NCBI GenBank assembly: GCA_030324005.1
Contig: JARDVH010000163.1
Coordinates: forward strand, 53,941,959-54,005,958
Origin: Negaprion brevirostris
Taxonomy: Eukaryota
Direction of reading: 5' to 3'
Length of the DNA: 64,000 bases
Shown piece after piece: positions 61,841 to 64,000 of the stretch. The translations under genes and the position numbers were made by a program. Position 1 is the stretch's first letter. Each line of letters opens with the position of its first letter. Under the pieces are notes generated by a model, which saw only the letters and a list, made by a program, of their open reading frames with translations, did no database searches and was not told the origin of the DNA.

Positions 61841-62409
61841 GTTTTGTACCATCATACCTTTTATTATTTAATTGTTCCTGTTCTCCACCTTTTTAGGGTT
61901 TTCCCCTATTTTTTTCCTCCCCCCCCAATGTTTTCCCTGTCTCTATACTTGCTTAAATTATGTTCNNNNNNNNNNNNNNNNNNNNNNNNNNNNNNNNNNN
62001 NNNNNNNNNNNNNNNNNNNNNNNNNNNNNNNNNNNNNNNNNNNNNNNNNNNNNNNNNNNNNNNNNNNNNNNNNNNNNNNNNNNNNNNNNNNNNNNNNNNN
62101 NNNNNNNNNNNNNNNNNNNNNNNNNNNNNNNNNNNNNNNNNNNNNNNNNNNNNNNNNNNNNNNNNNNNNNNNNNNNNNNNNNNNNNNNNNNNNNNNNNNN
62201 NNNNNNNNNNNNNNNNNNNNNNNNNNNNNNNNNNNNNNNNNNNNNNNNNNNNNNNNNNNNNNNNNNNNNNNNNNNNNNNNNNNNNNNNNNNNNNNNNNNN
62301 NNNNNNNNNNNNNNNNNNNNNNNNNNNNNNNNNNNNNNNNNNNNNNNNNNNNNNNNNNNNNNNNNNNNNNNNNNNNNNNNNNNTAACTGCTTTCTGAAAA
62401 AATGGAAGA

Positions 62410-62515
62410 AGTTATAATCTGTAATCTCAATTTGAGTCCAGAATGCTGTAAAGTGCCTGATCAAAAGTTGAGGTGCTGTTCCTTGAGCTTGCATGGAACT
62501 TCTTAATTAGAGCAA
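62410..62515 (-). mobile_element. Penelope-like GIY-YIG endonuclease C-terminal fragment
   Basis: Minus strand KLKEQHLNF*SGTLQHSGL resembles the recalled PLE terminus KLEEQHLIFRLGTLQPSGLN; a pLTR-like fragment lies at 62853-62925. Confidence 0.55.
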
Positions 62516-64000
62516 CGAAGGAGGTGGTGGGCAGACGTCAGTGTGGGCATGGGACAAAGTCTGTGGGAGCCAGGGGCAGGCATTCTCCGGCCTGGGAGGG
62601 ATGTGGCAAGGGAGTGGCGTTCTATCTATTTTTCTGTGTAAGCACAGTTGGAGGCTCCAATTGGAGCTGCAAGGTTTTGGGCACATTAATCCCCATCCAC
62701 AGGCTTGTGCAGTGTGATTTGGACTCACTGTTTTTTTTTTGCAGGCAGAGTGCGTATGGGTGTGCCTGAGAATGGATCTAAAAATCGGGTCTGAAGAACT
62801 CCCAGTTTCAAGTCCACCCAACACTTAGAATCAAAATGATAAAATAGGGTCCGTCAACTCTGTTTCTCTCTCCACAGTTGCTGCCTGATCTGCTGGATAT
62901 TTCTAGCATGTTTGGTTTTTCAGTGAAATAAGCTAGTTTGGCTTTGTGATACGATGAATTCCGCATGATCTGTTGGATTGAGCAAGTTTTCGGCTTAATT
63001 ACTTTTTAAATTGTTCTTGTTTTTAATATTCAGTCAAAATGATTATGATTAAGACTGAGCTGTTTCTTTATCTAACCTTTGTAGAAAAACATTACATAAT
63101 CCTACCAAAATGACTCATTATTCTTTACTCTTAAAAATGTTGTTTACAGGAAATCTTGCATAACGATTTTTTTATTGTTTGGTACTCTTTGAGTGTCCGG
63201 ATATGCATTCAACATTCATCTTATTTTCTTCCAATTATTTGATTGTCTAGTCTTGCTAGTCATACAGGTACAGATTTTCAGAAACCATATCAAATAATAA
63301 TTCCACTGACATTTCAAGTTAGCCTGAAGGAATTGCAGGGGAGCAGACTTGAAGGGCCATATAGACTATGTTTGCTCTTATGTCTTATTTTCTTAAGCAG
63401 ACAAGGAAAAGATGCTACCTGCCTGCCATATAGAGGATACTGAACACCAAGTTAAATAATAACAAAGGCTTTAGGTCTCAAAAATTGTGTACCTTACTGT
63501 TTACTAGCTGTGACTTAAATCTCACTGACAGAAATTTCCAGAAATTAAAAACTAATCTCATGGATACCATTATAAGCATAAAAGAAAACGTATGCCTTTA
63601 AAACATATTTTCTTTTAACAGATAGATACGTTAATTTAAATATATTGGAAATGAGAAAATAGGCTGTTTGACGTGGAGGCAAGTGGTCACATGATAAAAT
63701 CCCTTGAAATATATCCAACCAGATTTGGCAATTCGACATTGCTCTGTGATGGCTTTCCACTAGCCCTTGAAAATAACTCCTGTGATTAGCTAGTCTACCA
63801 TCACCCTTCCTGCCTGCTGTGTTTGAAATCTCCTCCCTCTCCCCCATTGAACCACAATCTGCCACTGACCTGACAATACTATCTCCAGCTGACTGGTGAG
63901 CCTGGAGACAAGCAACCAATGAGATCAGTGACCAGTTAACCTATTTAGTGGTGTTGATGGAGAAATAAATATTGACCAGGAAACTGGTCCTCCTCGAATC

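Noticed and set aside
1-64000. CRISPR arrays, rRNA genes, prokaryotic operons or viral genes
   Set aside because: No regularly spaced repeat-spacer array, rRNA-like sequence, dense coding or viral hallmark motifs were seen.

Overview
Vertebrate genomic DNA from a gappy draft scaffold, very probably a shark or other elasmobranch. This is inferred from HE1-type V-SINEs, CR1/HER1-like LINEs, Deu-domain SINEs and palindromic Penelope-type elements. There is one confident protein-coding gene, SLC35G2 (TMEM22), with a single coding exon on the minus strand at 36216-37463 and a probable CpG-rich promoter/first exon near 42.2-43.8 kb. The rest is mostly transposon-derived: CR1, Rex1/Babar and L2-type LINE fragments, at least three SINE families, a decayed ~5.2 kb PIF/Harbinger element with convergent Myb/SANT and DDE transposase genes, MITEs, a solo LTR and Penelope-like palindromes carrying hammerhead ribozyme motifs. 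The four most unusual observations are: (1) a Penelope-type palindromic insertion with a 13-bp TSD whose centre is replaced by an inverted 74-bp copy of sequence ~1 kb away; (2) a young CR1-derived element that may encode only ORF1 fused to a CR1 3' tail; (3) V-SINE copies with a tail resembling the Rex1 3' end; (4) a clean unassigned candidate exon pair on the minus strand. All family assignments were made by eye from recalled motifs, no database was searched, and most repeat boundaries are approximate.
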